The notes under the pieces were generated by a model. The model was given only the letters and a program-made list of their open reading frames with translations. It was not told the DNA's origin and did no database searches. The translations under genes and the position numbers were made by a program. Below, in pieces: positions 27,353 through 36,882 of a DNA stretch of 64,000 nucleotides. The stretch covers positions 2,024 to 66,023 of the forward strand of contig JAZQFJ010000045.1 of NCBI GenBank assembly GCA_045539475.1, written 5' to 3'. The stretch is from Eubacteriales bacterium (GTDB taxonomy: Bacteria > Bacillota > Clostridia > Oscillospirales > JAAYXM01). Numbering within the stretch: position 1 is the first letter of the stretch; each line of letters opens with the position of its first letter.

Positions 27353-28377
27353 AGCTTCGCACCTCCTGCAGAAAGATAAAGCACAAACTCATATATGAGC
27401 TTCGCCGTAGCCTCAATGTCATTTTTCTTAATCGTCTCAACAGGGGTGTGCATATATTTAAGCGGGATTGAGATAAGTCCCGTCGCAATTCCCTCTCGTA
27501 CCGTCTGCAGTGTCCACGCGTTTGTTCCGGAATGGCCGGAGCAAACCTCAACGGTATGCGGAATTTTTTTATCCTTTGCAACAGAGATAAGCGCGTCTGA
27601 CATTTTCTTCGTCATATTCGGTCCCACGCCTATCGCCGCGCCGCTTCCCGCATCGAACGTTGATGACTTGTCCGCACCGGGAGTTGTGGCATGCGTAACG
27701 TCTACCGCTATCGCCCAATCAGGATTTACTTTATACCCCGCAACAGTTGCACCGCGGCATCCAAGCTCTTCCTGAACACTTGCAACTGCAACAATATCAA
27801 AGCAGAGCTTTTTGCCCTTCAGCATATCCAAGGCAAGAAGAATTGCGGCAAGGCTTGCGCGGTCATCAAGAGCACGTGCGGAGATATATCCTTCGCGCAG
27901 GCGCACAGGCTCTGAATTAAACACAACAGGTGTTCCGACCGCAACTCCGCTTGCTTTCTCCGCACCGATATCAATGAACAAATCCGAAATATCAAGCGCG
28001 CTATCCATCTCCTCACGCGTGAGAAGATGCGGCGGGCACACCGTTATAACTCCGCTTTTCGGCGGATTCGTAAGAACGGTCACCTCGCACGCCGGAAGTA
28101 TGCGGGGATCCACTCCGCCGAGAGTGTCAAACCGCAAAAATCCGTTTTCTTCTCCCGTCACGATAAGACCTATCTCATCAATATGCGCATCAAGAAGCAG
28201 GCATTTTGCATTCTTTTTTCTGCATTTTCTTATACCGTAAACATTGCCTGATTTATCTGTTTCGGTTTTGTCAAAAAAGCGTGCCATCATTGCCTCGGCA
28301 CACTTTGACGCCGAGTGCTCAAAACCCGAGGGCGACGGATGCGCCGACAGCTTATTTATTATTGAAAGTATATCCAA
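27349..28377 (-). CDS. M42-family metallopeptidase, paralog 1
   Basis: LDAHIDEIG, DDRASLAA, VQEELGCRGA. Confidence 0.85.
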   Translation of the reverse strand: MDILSIINKLSAHPSPSGFEHSASKCAEAMMARFFDKTETDKSGNVYGIRKCRKKNAKCLLLDAHIDEIGLIVTGEENGFLRFDTLGGVDPRILPACEVTVLTNPPKSGVITVCPPHLLTREEMDSALDISDLFIDIGAEKASGVAVGTPVVFNSEPVRLREGYISARALDDRASLAAILLALDMLKGKKLCFDIVAVASVQEELGCRGATVAGYKVNPDWAIAVDVTHATTPGADKSSTFDAGSGAAIGVGPNMTKKMSDALISVAKDKKIPHTVEVCSGHSGTNAWTLQTVREGIATGLISIPLKYMHTPVETIKKNDIEATAKLIYEFVLYLSAGGAKL

Positions 28378-28439
28378 GAGCGCACTTCCTTTCTAATGTC
28401 CCATTCCAATAATAATAAGTATAGCACACTTTCCTTCAT

Positions 28440-29444
28440 TTATGAAGAGGCTTTTTCCTGAATTTTCCCTAAGGTAACCCCGCTGTAATAGCTTTTGAGT
28501 ATCTCGTCGTATTTCTTTCCTTCAAGCGCCATTGCCCGCGCGCCGTATTGGCTCATTCCCACGCCGTGTCCGTAGCCGCGCGTTTTTATTTTTAACTCAC
28601 CGTCTGCATATGATACCGTGAAATTTGTGGAATTTAATCCGAACACCGAGCGAAAATCGCTCCCCTTTACCGCAACACCCGCAACGGATAGCGACTTAAC
28701 GCCTCCGGCAGAGGAGCGGGATATCTTACTTATCCAGTTTTCGGGGTTTTCATCATATACAGCATCCGGATATTTTTCCGAAAATTTCTTTTTAAATTCA
28801 TCCGGCAAAAGCACCTTTTCCTCTTCGTATCGCGGAGATTCTTTATCCCCCGGGCTTTCAACGCTCACAAGATACGGAACATTCCCGCCCCAGACATCAA
28901 CGGCATTTTCGGTCTTTCCGGATGACGTGGAATGAAACACCGCCGTTATCGGCTCTCCGTCATACAAAAGTATCTCTCCGTCCGTTTCTTCAACTGCACG
29001 GAGGATTTTTTCCGTATATTTTTCTGCATCACCGCTCCATCCCGCCGCCGTTTCCGAAAGCGGCGCATATGCCTTGCAGTGAGATGGATTTGCACACACC
29101 GCCGCACCGTTATGCTCCGCCGCGGGAGCTGCCGCAATTTTTTTCATTGTATATGTCCTTGCCGCAACCGCCTGAGCCTTGAGCGCTTCTTCGGGAAACA
29201 GTGCCGGCATCTCGGCGGCAACCACTCCGGCAAGATACTCATCAAGAGGAAGCTTCTCCACACTTCCGTTTCTTGAAAGCGTCACGGTAACACCTGAATC
29301 GGAAAGCTCTTTTGCTTCGTTTTTCTCTGCCGTAGGCACGGGAAGCGTCGGCACATCATTCGCCGAGTTTTTTCCTACGGTTATGAGCGGAGCAACAAAC
29401 AAAAATACCCAAAGACAAACACAAAGCAACAGAAAACGTCTCAT
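28440..29444 (-). CDS. spoIID: Stage II sporulation protein D (SpoIID/LytB domain)
   Basis: N-terminal TM segment, AQAVAARTY, FHSTSSGKTE, YGHGVGMSQYGA. Confidence 0.85.
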   Translation of the reverse strand: MRRFLLLCVCLWVFLFVAPLITVGKNSANDVPTLPVPTAEKNEAKELSDSGVTVTLSRNGSVEKLPLDEYLAGVVAAEMPALFPEEALKAQAVAARTYTMKKIAAAPAAEHNGAAVCANPSHCKAYAPLSETAAGWSGDAEKYTEKILRAVEETDGEILLYDGEPITAVFHSTSSGKTENAVDVWGGNVPYLVSVESPGDKESPRYEEEKVLLPDEFKKKFSEKYPDAVYDENPENWISKISRSSAGGVKSLSVAGVAVKGSDFRSVFGLNSTNFTVSYADGELKIKTRGYGHGVGMSQYGARAMALEGKKYDEILKSYYSGVTLGKIQEKASS

Positions 29445-29543
29445 AATCTACACATCCTTAATCTTTTAATAACAAATAAACCATTGACTATTCCGCCTAA
29501 ATATTATAAAATAATATATTATATCAATTCAGGAGGCACAGAC

Positions 29544-30908
29544 ATGTCCGAAATAAAAGTCCGTGACAGCGAAGGCTTTATTAAAAGAGTATGCGATACG
29601 GTCCGAAATAATAACCTCGTCAGTCCCGAGCTTGTGAAAAATCCGCATGTAAAGCGCGGTCTCAGAAACCAAGACGGTACAGGTGTTCTCGCAGGCGTCA
29701 CGTCCATAGGTAACGTCCGCGGATATACGGTTATAGATAATGAAAAAATGCCGATGGACGGTGTTCTCACCTACCGCGGCATAAGTATTGAAGATATTGT
29801 GAACGGAATAACGGAGGATAACCGCTTCGGTTTTGAAGAGGTTGCATATCTTCTTATGCTCGGCAAGCTTCCGTCTAAGGATGAGCTTGCTGAATTCAAC
29901 GATATTCTTGCACATCACAGAACCCTTCCTCACAACTTCACGGAGGATATGATTATCAAAGCGCCAAGCGCAAACGTTATGAATAAGCTCGCGCGCTCGG
30001 TTCTCGCGCTGTATTCCTTTGACGAAAACGCCGATGATACATCTCTTGAGAATATGATGCGTCAATCGTTTGACCTTGTGGCACGTCTTCCTATAATCGC
30101 CGCTCAGGCTTATCAGGTAAAGCGCCACTACTATGAAAATAAAAGTATGTATCTCCATGTTCCGCCGGATAATCTCTCTGCGGCAGAGATTCTGCTGTAC
30201 TGCATCCGCTCCGACCGCAAGTATACCGACGAAGAGGCAAAGCTTCTTGATAAGTGCCTCATTCTCCACGCAGAGCACGGCGGCGGTAACAACTCCGCAT
30301 TTACCTGCCGCGTTCTTTCCTCTTCTGGAACGGACACATATTCGGCAATCGCATCTGCAATCTGCTCCCTTAAAGGTCCGCTCCACGGCGGCGCGAACAA
30401 GCAGGTTGTAGATATGATGAAGGATATCGAAGCAAACGTAAAAAACTGGAAGAATGATGATGAAGTCTCCGAATATCTTGCAAAAATCATCCGCCGTGAG
30501 GTTGGTGACAGGAGCGGAAAAATCTACGGCATGGGGCACGCTATTTACACAAAATCCGATCCGCGTGCCGTCATCCTCAAGAAGCACGCAAAATCACTTT
30601 GCGAAAAGCAGGGCTATCTTGACAGATTCGAGCTTATTGAATCTGTTGAGCGCCTTACTCCGGAGGTCTTCCGCACTGTTAAAAACAACGACAAGCCGCT
30701 TTGTGCAAACGTCGATATGTATTCAGGCTTGATTTATGAAATGCTGGGCATACCGCAGGATCTCTTTACTCCTATTTTCGCCATTTCCCGCGTTGCCGGT
30801 CTCTGCGCCCACCGAATAGAAGAGGCACTTACCGGCGGAAGAATTATGCGTCCGGCATACAAGTGTGTATCCCGAAATACCGAATATACTGCATTAAATA
30901 ACAGATAA
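29544..30908 (+). CDS. Citrate synthase (citrate/2-methylcitrate synthase family)
   Basis: ILHAEHGGGNNSAF and YGMGHAIYTKSDPRA. AGGAGG RBS before ATG 29544; the ORF track starts at 29484. Confidence 0.85.
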   Translation: MSEIKVRDSEGFIKRVCDTVRNNNLVSPELVKNPHVKRGLRNQDGTGVLAGVTSIGNVRGYTVIDNEKMPMDGVLTYRGISIEDIVNGITEDNRFGFEEVAYLLMLGKLPSKDELAEFNDILAHHRTLPHNFTEDMIIKAPSANVMNKLARSVLALYSFDENADDTSLENMMRQSFDLVARLPIIAAQAYQVKRHYYENKSMYLHVPPDNLSAAEILLYCIRSDRKYTDEEAKLLDKCLILHAEHGGGNNSAFTCRVLSSSGTDTYSAIASAICSLKGPLHGGANKQVVDMMKDIEANVKNWKNDDEVSEYLAKIIRREVGDRSGKIYGMGHAIYTKSDPRAVILKKHAKSLCEKQGYLDRFELIESVERLTPEVFRTVKNNDKPLCANVDMYSGLIYEMLGIPQDLFTPIFAISRVAGLCAHRIEEALTGGRIMRPAYKCVSRNTEYTALNNR

Positions 30909-30920
30909 GGGTGATATCTG

Positions 30921-31697
30921 ATGAAAAACAAGCTGTTTCCATCTTTGTTCGCGCTCCCCGTTGTCACCGGGATATGCGGCGCATTTCTCCGCGCATCTCA
31001 GATTAAACATGCGTATGATCTTGAAACCGGCATCCTGCGCAGCGGAGAGCCCTCTACATACGGCCTTGTTGCAGTGTGCGTCATTGCATCGCTCATTGCA
31101 ATTCTTGCTGCGTTTCTCTTAAAAAACGGTTTTGAAATCAAATCAGAAAAGCTCGGAAAAAGCCTTTTTCTCTCCACGGTTACGGCATCGGCTTTCATTC
31201 TTGTTTATGCCGCAATGACGCTCTATTCGCTGCTTGATGAATTCAGCGTCCCCACGCTTATCCTTGGTCTCATTTCAGTTTATTGCGCAGTCGCATTCCT
31301 TGTTCTTGCAAAATATTCTTTTGCGGAGCGGGATGACGTTACCTACTGCGTCTTTTCTGCCGTGCCTTCTTTTTGGGCGTGCTTTATGCTTATTCTCGCT
31401 TTCCGTGATAAAATCTCGGATCCGATAATCGCAAACTACGCTCCTATGATATTTTCATATCTGTCCATTCTTATGTTCTGTTACTCGGTTGCGGCACATA
31501 TCCTCGGTAAAAACAAGAAACACGTTGCTGTTTTCACGTGTTTCTTCGGAATATTCTTTATTCTTACCGAGGTTTTATCTCCCATTTTCGCCGGAGGTCT
31601 TATTGAAATCAACGCTGTAAACATAAGATATCTTCTCCCCCAGCTTGCATTTTTGATTCTTATGCCGGCTGTTACAGCCGGGATTATTAAAAAATAA
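30921..31697 (+). CDS. Polytopic membrane protein of unknown function
   Basis: The ORF-track translation has about 8 hydrophobic segments. RBS AAGGGTGA. Confidence 0.65.
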   Translation: MKNKLFPSLFALPVVTGICGAFLRASQIKHAYDLETGILRSGEPSTYGLVAVCVIASLIAILAAFLLKNGFEIKSEKLGKSLFLSTVTASAFILVYAAMTLYSLLDEFSVPTLILGLISVYCAVAFLVLAKYSFAERDDVTYCVFSAVPSFWACFMLILAFRDKISDPIIANYAPMIFSYLSILMFCYSVAAHILGKNKKHVAVFTCFFGIFFILTEVLSPIFAGGLIEINAVNIRYLLPQLAFLILMPAVTAGIIKK

Positions 31698-31720
31698 CTT
31701 TTCCGAAAGGGTGCTTAAAT

Positions 31721-32407
31721 TTGGCAGACGGACACCGCGGAAGAATTCGCGATCGCTTTGAAGAAGAGAATATTGACACAATACCCGAAATTTATGTTGT
31801 TGAAAGAATCATTCACAACGTTGTGCCACGCCGTGATGCCGGCAAGGTCTCGCGGGCGCTTCTTGAAACATTCGGAAGCTTTGCCAAGATCATAGACGCA
31901 CCAAAGAGCGAGCTTCTTAAGGTCGACGGGATCGGTGAAGCTTCGGCAACCTTTCTGAAAACAGTCCCATCTTTTTACAGAAAGTATAAGCTCAGCAAAT
32001 GGAATGACAGCAAATTTTTCACTGATGCCGACACAATTATGGAATATCTATCAGACAAGCTTGCCGGATATAAAGATGAAGTTTTTGCAGCTATGTGTCT
32101 TGATTCGAAGTTCCGGCTGATAGCCTGCAAAACGTTGTTTGAAGGCGGCGTTCGTTCCATTGATGTAAATATGAGAAAGCTTCTTGATTTTGTGATGAAC
32201 AGCGGAGCAGAGCGCGTTGTTATTGCACACAATCATCCAAACAGCGATCTTATCCCCTCTTCCGATGATATTCACACAACTAAAATTATATACAATGTAT
32301 TGCATTATGCCGGAATCCATCTTGATGACCACATAATAGTAAACGACAGCGGTGCGGTTTCTCTTGTACAGCTCGGGGAATTTCCCGGCAGCCCCACAAT
32401 GATATAA
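31721..32407 (+). CDS. RadC-like JAB/MPN domain protein
   Basis: JAMM motif AHNHPNSDLIPSSDD with HhH-like LLKVDGIGEASA. TTG start. Confidence 0.8.
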   Translation: MADGHRGRIRDRFEEENIDTIPEIYVVERIIHNVVPRRDAGKVSRALLETFGSFAKIIDAPKSELLKVDGIGEASATFLKTVPSFYRKYKLSKWNDSKFFTDADTIMEYLSDKLAGYKDEVFAAMCLDSKFRLIACKTLFEGGVRSIDVNMRKLLDFVMNSGAERVVIAHNHPNSDLIPSSDDIHTTKIIYNVLHYAGIHLDDHIIVNDSGAVSLVQLGEFPGSPTMI

Positions 32408-32421
32408 CATTTATAAACAAC

Positions 32422-32458
32422 GGACGGTAAAAAAGCCTGATTGACTTTTTTACCGTCC
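32422..32458. terminator. Bidirectional terminator between convergent genes
   Basis: Perfect 14-bp stem ggacggtaaaaaag / cttttttaccgtcc. Confidence 0.8.
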
Positions 32459-32468
32459 CGGTTTTTAT

Positions 32469-32912
32469 TCATCCTCTTATTATTTCCGTAAGCTTTTTTT
32501 CAAAGCGGAGATTTTGCTCAGGTGTGCGTTTCGGAGGACCTTTAAGCCTTCCCCCGCTGTTTCGTATTTTCTTCGCGGTGTGGCGTGCAAGTAAAAGCGC
32601 GTCTATGTTATCATCGGTGTATTCATCACCATCCTGATTGATGCACAATGCTCCGCGGGAGAGTGCCATTGACGCGAGACCGTAATCTTGAGTTATAACT
32701 ATATCCCCGCGCCGGGCAAAATTGACAAGCGCAAAATCCGCACTGTCAGCACCCTTGGGCAGGATGTGAGTTTCTGCTCCTTCTTTGTCAAAAACATGAG
32801 CAGTATCGCAAAATATATGGCATGACACAGAAAACCTCCGCGCAACTGCAACCGCGATGTCCACCACCGGACATCCGTCCGCATCTATAAGTATCCGCAT
32901 TCTCATAATCAT
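32469..32912 (-). CDS. YaiI/YqxD-family protein (UPF0178/DUF188)
   Basis: MRILIDADGCPVV N-terminus, typical of the family. Three closely spaced ATGs make the exact start uncertain. Confidence 0.7.
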   Translation of the reverse strand: MIMRMRILIDADGCPVVDIAVAVARRFSVSCHIFCDTAHVFDKEGAETHILPKGADSADFALVNFARRGDIVITQDYGLASMALSRGALCINQDGDEYTDDNIDALLLARHTAKKIRNSGGRLKGPPKRTPEQNLRFEKKLTEIIRG

Positions 32913-32939
32913 TCCTTACCTGTCCGAATTCATTTCAAT

Positions 32940-33779
32940 CTATCCGCGTATATCATCTGCTGACGGAATTACTCCGTATTTTTTGGTATACGCGCGGTAA
33001 AATGACGAATAGTCTCCAAATCCACAGGCAGTTGCCGCCTCGGTCACTCTTATTCCGTCAGCAATATACGAACGCGCCATATGAAGCCTTTTTGTCAGAA
33101 TATAGTCCCATACGGTTGAGCCTGTAGCCGAACGGAAGCTCCTGTAAAGCTGGCCGCGGCTTATAAAAAACTTCTCGCACAGCGAGTCCACCGAAATATC
33201 ATCTGTAAGGTTTCTGTTTACATACTCGATAACGGCACGTATCTGTTCCGTTTTCTCTGCCGGAGTGATATAAAGCTTTGCATCAAACAGCTTCTTTATT
33301 TCTGCGAGAATCGAAAGAAGCACGACGCGTGTGTTAAGCTCAGTTTCATATTCGCTTGCTTTTTTCTCGTGAAGTCTTGCAAACATCTCATAAATTCCCG
33401 TCGGTGCAGCAACCGAACGGTCATAAACATTGCACTGCCCAAGCGGACGGTCGAAAAACGGCGTGAGAAGCCGCCTTTCCGGATCAACCCCATCAACAAC
33501 AGAAGCCGGAAAATGGTGAGTTATCCGGTCATATGGCTCATCCCCCGTAAGGTCTGCCTTGTGTGATTCACCGGGTCTCATAAGAAAAATTCTTCCATGC
33601 TCAAACTTATGCCTTGCCCCTTCAGTTATATAATATCCGTCACCGCGAAAAACACAAAAAACCTCGCACCATTCGTGAACATGCATGTGTTGAGGGGAAA
33701 ACGGCGGATATGATACCGAACCGCCGTAAGACGGAAACTTCCCCCCTATTGCAGAAGTCTTGTTGTGTTGTGCCATCAT
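32940..33779 (-). CDS. AraC-family regulator (cupin sensor plus HTH)
   Basis: C-terminal TEAATACGFGDYSSFYRAYTKKYGVIPS. GGAGGTGAGG RBS before ATG ATG; the ORF track starts at 33791. Confidence 0.8.
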   Translation of the reverse strand: MMAQHNKTSAIGGKFPSYGGSVSYPPFSPQHMHVHEWCEVFCVFRGDGYYITEGARHKFEHGRIFLMRPGESHKADLTGDEPYDRITHHFPASVVDGVDPERRLLTPFFDRPLGQCNVYDRSVAAPTGIYEMFARLHEKKASEYETELNTRVVLLSILAEIKKLFDAKLYITPAEKTEQIRAVIEYVNRNLTDDISVDSLCEKFFISRGQLYRSFRSATGSTVWDYILTKRLHMARSYIADGIRVTEAATACGFGDYSSFYRAYTKKYGVIPSADDIRG

Positions 33780-33911
33780 CCTCACCTCCATATATGGATA
33801 GTATACACCATTCCGGAACGATTTGCAATATAAAAGTGTAATTATATGCTATTGACTTGCAATGCGTATTGTTGTAAAATTAACACATCACACTGAGAAA
33901 GTGGTGCTGCT

Positions 33912-35099
33912 ATGACTCTTGAAGCAATGCGCGATGAGTTGGGGCTTTCAAAGCTTCCGGAAAGTTTTTACGGAATTTATGAGGGAATCAAGAGCACATA
34001 TGAACCTTATGCCACGCTCATCCTTTCTGATGAATACATAACCAAAACTCTTTCAGACTGCTTTGCGCTCTCTTCTTTCACGCAGGAAATTCTCGCATCC
34101 GCAGCTGAGGTAAGAAAAAATCCTGCCTTGCGTCTGCTAGTCTGCATTATGGCAGAGTGGATACGCCATGGTGCGGAAGATATCGCAGATTACGAAGCAC
34201 CACATGGAAAAGGTACGGCATTTGATTTTCTGCATCTCTTCCCGATGATTCCGACAATGCCGGATACCGTGGCGCATCTTCGCGAAAGAAATATTCCCGA
34301 AGATATAATTATAGCCACTATGCAGGAATATGACTTCTGCGTAGATATGCTTTTGCGCAACACCGGTCGTCCTGCCTTTGATAAAGGAAGATTTAATTGG
34401 GTGCGCAGAGTTGCCAAAAATGAAATGATAAGAATCGGCAGATTTAAATATGATTTGCCCGCAAAAAGGGTTTCGGACATCCGTGCATACAAAAACGAAT
34501 CCGGCGATATCTGCGTGCTTGCAGATGGAGTTGATGTTCATCACAGCGGCAAGGTGCTCGGTTCTGCAGGGTGTGAGGATACAGCAGGCAGCTTCCGCGC
34601 CGAAATTGAAGAAACGAAAGATAAAATCATCGGTTACACGATAGTTGACGGACTTATTACGAATAAAAAATGTGAGCTTGAAAAATCGGAATGGTCGCTC
34701 TGCCTTTCGGAAGATGATAACGTTGTTTTCGTGCATATTCCCCCGAGAGAAAGCTTTGACGTTGCCGCTATGGAAAGCTCATATGCGCGCGCAAGAGAAA
34801 TCCTTACAAAGCACTATCCCGACCGCCCTTACAGCGCTTTCTTCTGCCGCTCGTGGCTTATGTCCCGCGATTTACGTAAGGTGCTAAAGCCGACGTCGAA
34901 TATTCTTGCGTTTCAGGATAAATACATACATTACCCGTGTCTGTGCAACGGCACACAAGTCTTTAACAACGTCTTTCCCGGAATTGCTGTTTCTGAGGAC
35001 TACACCGCGCTTCCCGAAGAAACCAGCCTTCAGAGAAACGTAAAAAACCTGTATATCAATGGTGGACATATTCTCAACGACTGCGGATTTTTCTTTTAA
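33912..35099 (+). CDS. Hypothetical 395-aa cytoplasmic protein, first gene of the divergent sugar cluster
   Basis: ORF track only. I recognise no diagnostic motif. Confidence 0.6.
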   Translation: MTLEAMRDELGLSKLPESFYGIYEGIKSTYEPYATLILSDEYITKTLSDCFALSSFTQEILASAAEVRKNPALRLLVCIMAEWIRHGAEDIADYEAPHGKGTAFDFLHLFPMIPTMPDTVAHLRERNIPEDIIIATMQEYDFCVDMLLRNTGRPAFDKGRFNWVRRVAKNEMIRIGRFKYDLPAKRVSDIRAYKNESGDICVLADGVDVHHSGKVLGSAGCEDTAGSFRAEIEETKDKIIGYTIVDGLITNKKCELEKSEWSLCLSEDDNVVFVHIPPRESFDVAAMESSYARAREILTKHYPDRPYSAFFCRSWLMSRDLRKVLKPTSNILAFQDKYIHYPCLCNGTQVFNNVFPGIAVSEDYTALPEETSLQRNVKNLYINGGHILNDCGFFF

Positions 35100-35191
35100 A
35101 TAAGAATTTACCTTGTGAAAACTTTCGCATTAAGTTACAATAAAAAATAATTTTTATAATACACATTACAATGAATGAGGAGAGAGAAAAA

Positions 35192-36025
35192 ATGAGTATT
35201 TTTAAACTTTGCGCTTTCGCAGACGAAGCAGACCCGGCGGTAAGCGGTCAGATTGATGCGCTTCACGGCAACGGCATTGAGCTTATCGAGCTCCGCGGTG
35301 TTGACGGCAAGAACGTAACAGAGCTTACCTGTGATGAAATGCTTAAGCTCCGCCGCCGTCTTGATGATGAAGGCATCAAGGTCTGGTCAATCGGTTCACC
35401 GATAGGCAAGATTGATATCAACGGCGATTTTGATGCTCACGTTGAGCTTTTCCGCCACACCCTTGAGCTTGCAAACATTGCGGGAGCAGGAAAGCTTCGT
35501 ATGTTCAGCTTCTTTATGAATCCGGAGGATGCTCCGAAATACAAGAACAAGGTTATCGAGCAGCTCGGCGTGTTAGTCGATGTTGCAAAGGGCAGCGGCG
35601 TCACTCTCTGCCACGAAAACGAAAAAGACATCTATGGCGATATTGCATCACGTTGCGTTGATATTCACAAGGCTCTTCCCGAGCTTCGTGCGGTTTATGA
35701 CCCGGCAAACTTCGTACAGTGCGGTCAGGACACGCTTGAAGCATGGGATCTTCTCGCTCCGTATATCGACTATATGCATATGAAGGATGCCCGTCCGGAC
35801 AAGGTCATTGTCCCCGCAGGCAAAGGCGCAGGAAATGTTCCGAAGCTTCTTGAAAATTATGCGGCAATCGGCGGCGGTGTAATAACGCTTGAACCTCATC
35901 TTTATGAGTTCGTTGGTCTTGCGGGTCTTGAGCGTGAGGGATCAACCTCTGTTATCGGCAATAATTATTCTACAAAACGTGAAGCGTTTGATGCAGGCGT
36001 AAACGCACTTAAAGCTCTTATATAA
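35192..36025 (+). CDS. Xylose-isomerase-like TIM-barrel protein (sugar phosphate isomerase/epimerase family)
   Basis: Family-typical CHENE and H.KD motifs (TLCHENEKDIYG, YMHMKD). RBS GAGGAGAG before ATG 35192. Confidence 0.75.
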   Translation: MSIFKLCAFADEADPAVSGQIDALHGNGIELIELRGVDGKNVTELTCDEMLKLRRRLDDEGIKVWSIGSPIGKIDINGDFDAHVELFRHTLELANIAGAGKLRMFSFFMNPEDAPKYKNKVIEQLGVLVDVAKGSGVTLCHENEKDIYGDIASRCVDIHKALPELRAVYDPANFVQCGQDTLEAWDLLAPYIDYMHMKDARPDKVIVPAGKGAGNVPKLLENYAAIGGGVITLEPHLYEFVGLAGLEREGSTSVIGNNYSTKREAFDAGVNALKALI

Positions 36026-36060
36026 AGATAATTAAATTCACATAAAAGGAGAGAAATATC

Positions 36061-36846
36061 ATGCAGATCGGTGCACAGCTTTACACGGTCCACAACCACA
36101 CAAAAACACTTGAGGATTTTTCTGCAGCTCTTAAAAAGGTAGCCGACATCGGTTACCGCTCGGTTCAGGTTTCCGGCACCTGCGCCTACGAGCCGGAATG
36201 GCTCCGCGACGAACTTGCAAAGAACAACCTCGTCTGCGCAATGACACATATCGCTCCCAAGCGCATTATTGAAGAGACAGCGGATGTTGTCCGTCAGCAC
36301 ACTGTTTTTGGCTGCAAGCACATCGGTATCGGCGGTATGCCGGTGGATATGCGCGGCACACTTGATGGATATAACGAATTCAAGAAGGTTTACCTTCCTG
36401 CCGCTGAAAAAATGCGCGACCTCGGCGCAAAACTTCTTTACCACAACCACTGGTTTGAGTTTGATAAGTTAGACGGCAAAGACGTTATCGAGCGCATCCT
36501 TGAAGACTTCCCTGAAGACAGCATTGACTTTACTCTTGACCTTGGCTGGGCTGCATTTGCCGACAAGGATGTTTTGGCGCTTATTGATATGCTCAAGGGC
36601 CGCCTTTCCCGCATCCATCTTAAGGACTTTGCAGACAAGCCGGCAGACGGAAGCATCGAAACCCCCGCATATCTCCGCCCGATTTTTGAGGGCAAGCTCC
36701 CGTATGAAGACTACATAAACGCTCTTTCAAAGGTAGGCTGCGAATATATGCTCGTCGAGCAGGATTGGTGCTACGATGAGGATGAGTTCGAGTGCCTCAA
36801 GAGAAGCTTTGAGAACGTAACATCCCGTTTCCCGAACGTAAAGTAA
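36061..36846 (+). CDS. Second xylose-isomerase-like TIM-barrel protein
   Basis: LYHNHWFEF and RIHLKD motifs. AAGGAGAG RBS. Confidence 0.75.
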   Translation: MQIGAQLYTVHNHTKTLEDFSAALKKVADIGYRSVQVSGTCAYEPEWLRDELAKNNLVCAMTHIAPKRIIEETADVVRQHTVFGCKHIGIGGMPVDMRGTLDGYNEFKKVYLPAAEKMRDLGAKLLYHNHWFEFDKLDGKDVIERILEDFPEDSIDFTLDLGWAAFADKDVLALIDMLKGRLSRIHLKDFADKPADGSIETPAYLRPIFEGKLPYEDYINALSKVGCEYMLVEQDWCYDEDEFECLKRSFENVTSRFPNVK

Positions 36847-36882
36847 AAAAATTCAAATTAATTTATAAGGAGAGTTTTAAAA

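Noticed and set aside
29529-30587. 352-aa minus-strand ORF overlapping the citrate synthase gene
   Set aside because: It is antisense to a gene with clear citrate synthase motifs. It has a Cys/Arg-rich low-complexity translation and no RBS. It is a typical shadow ORF.
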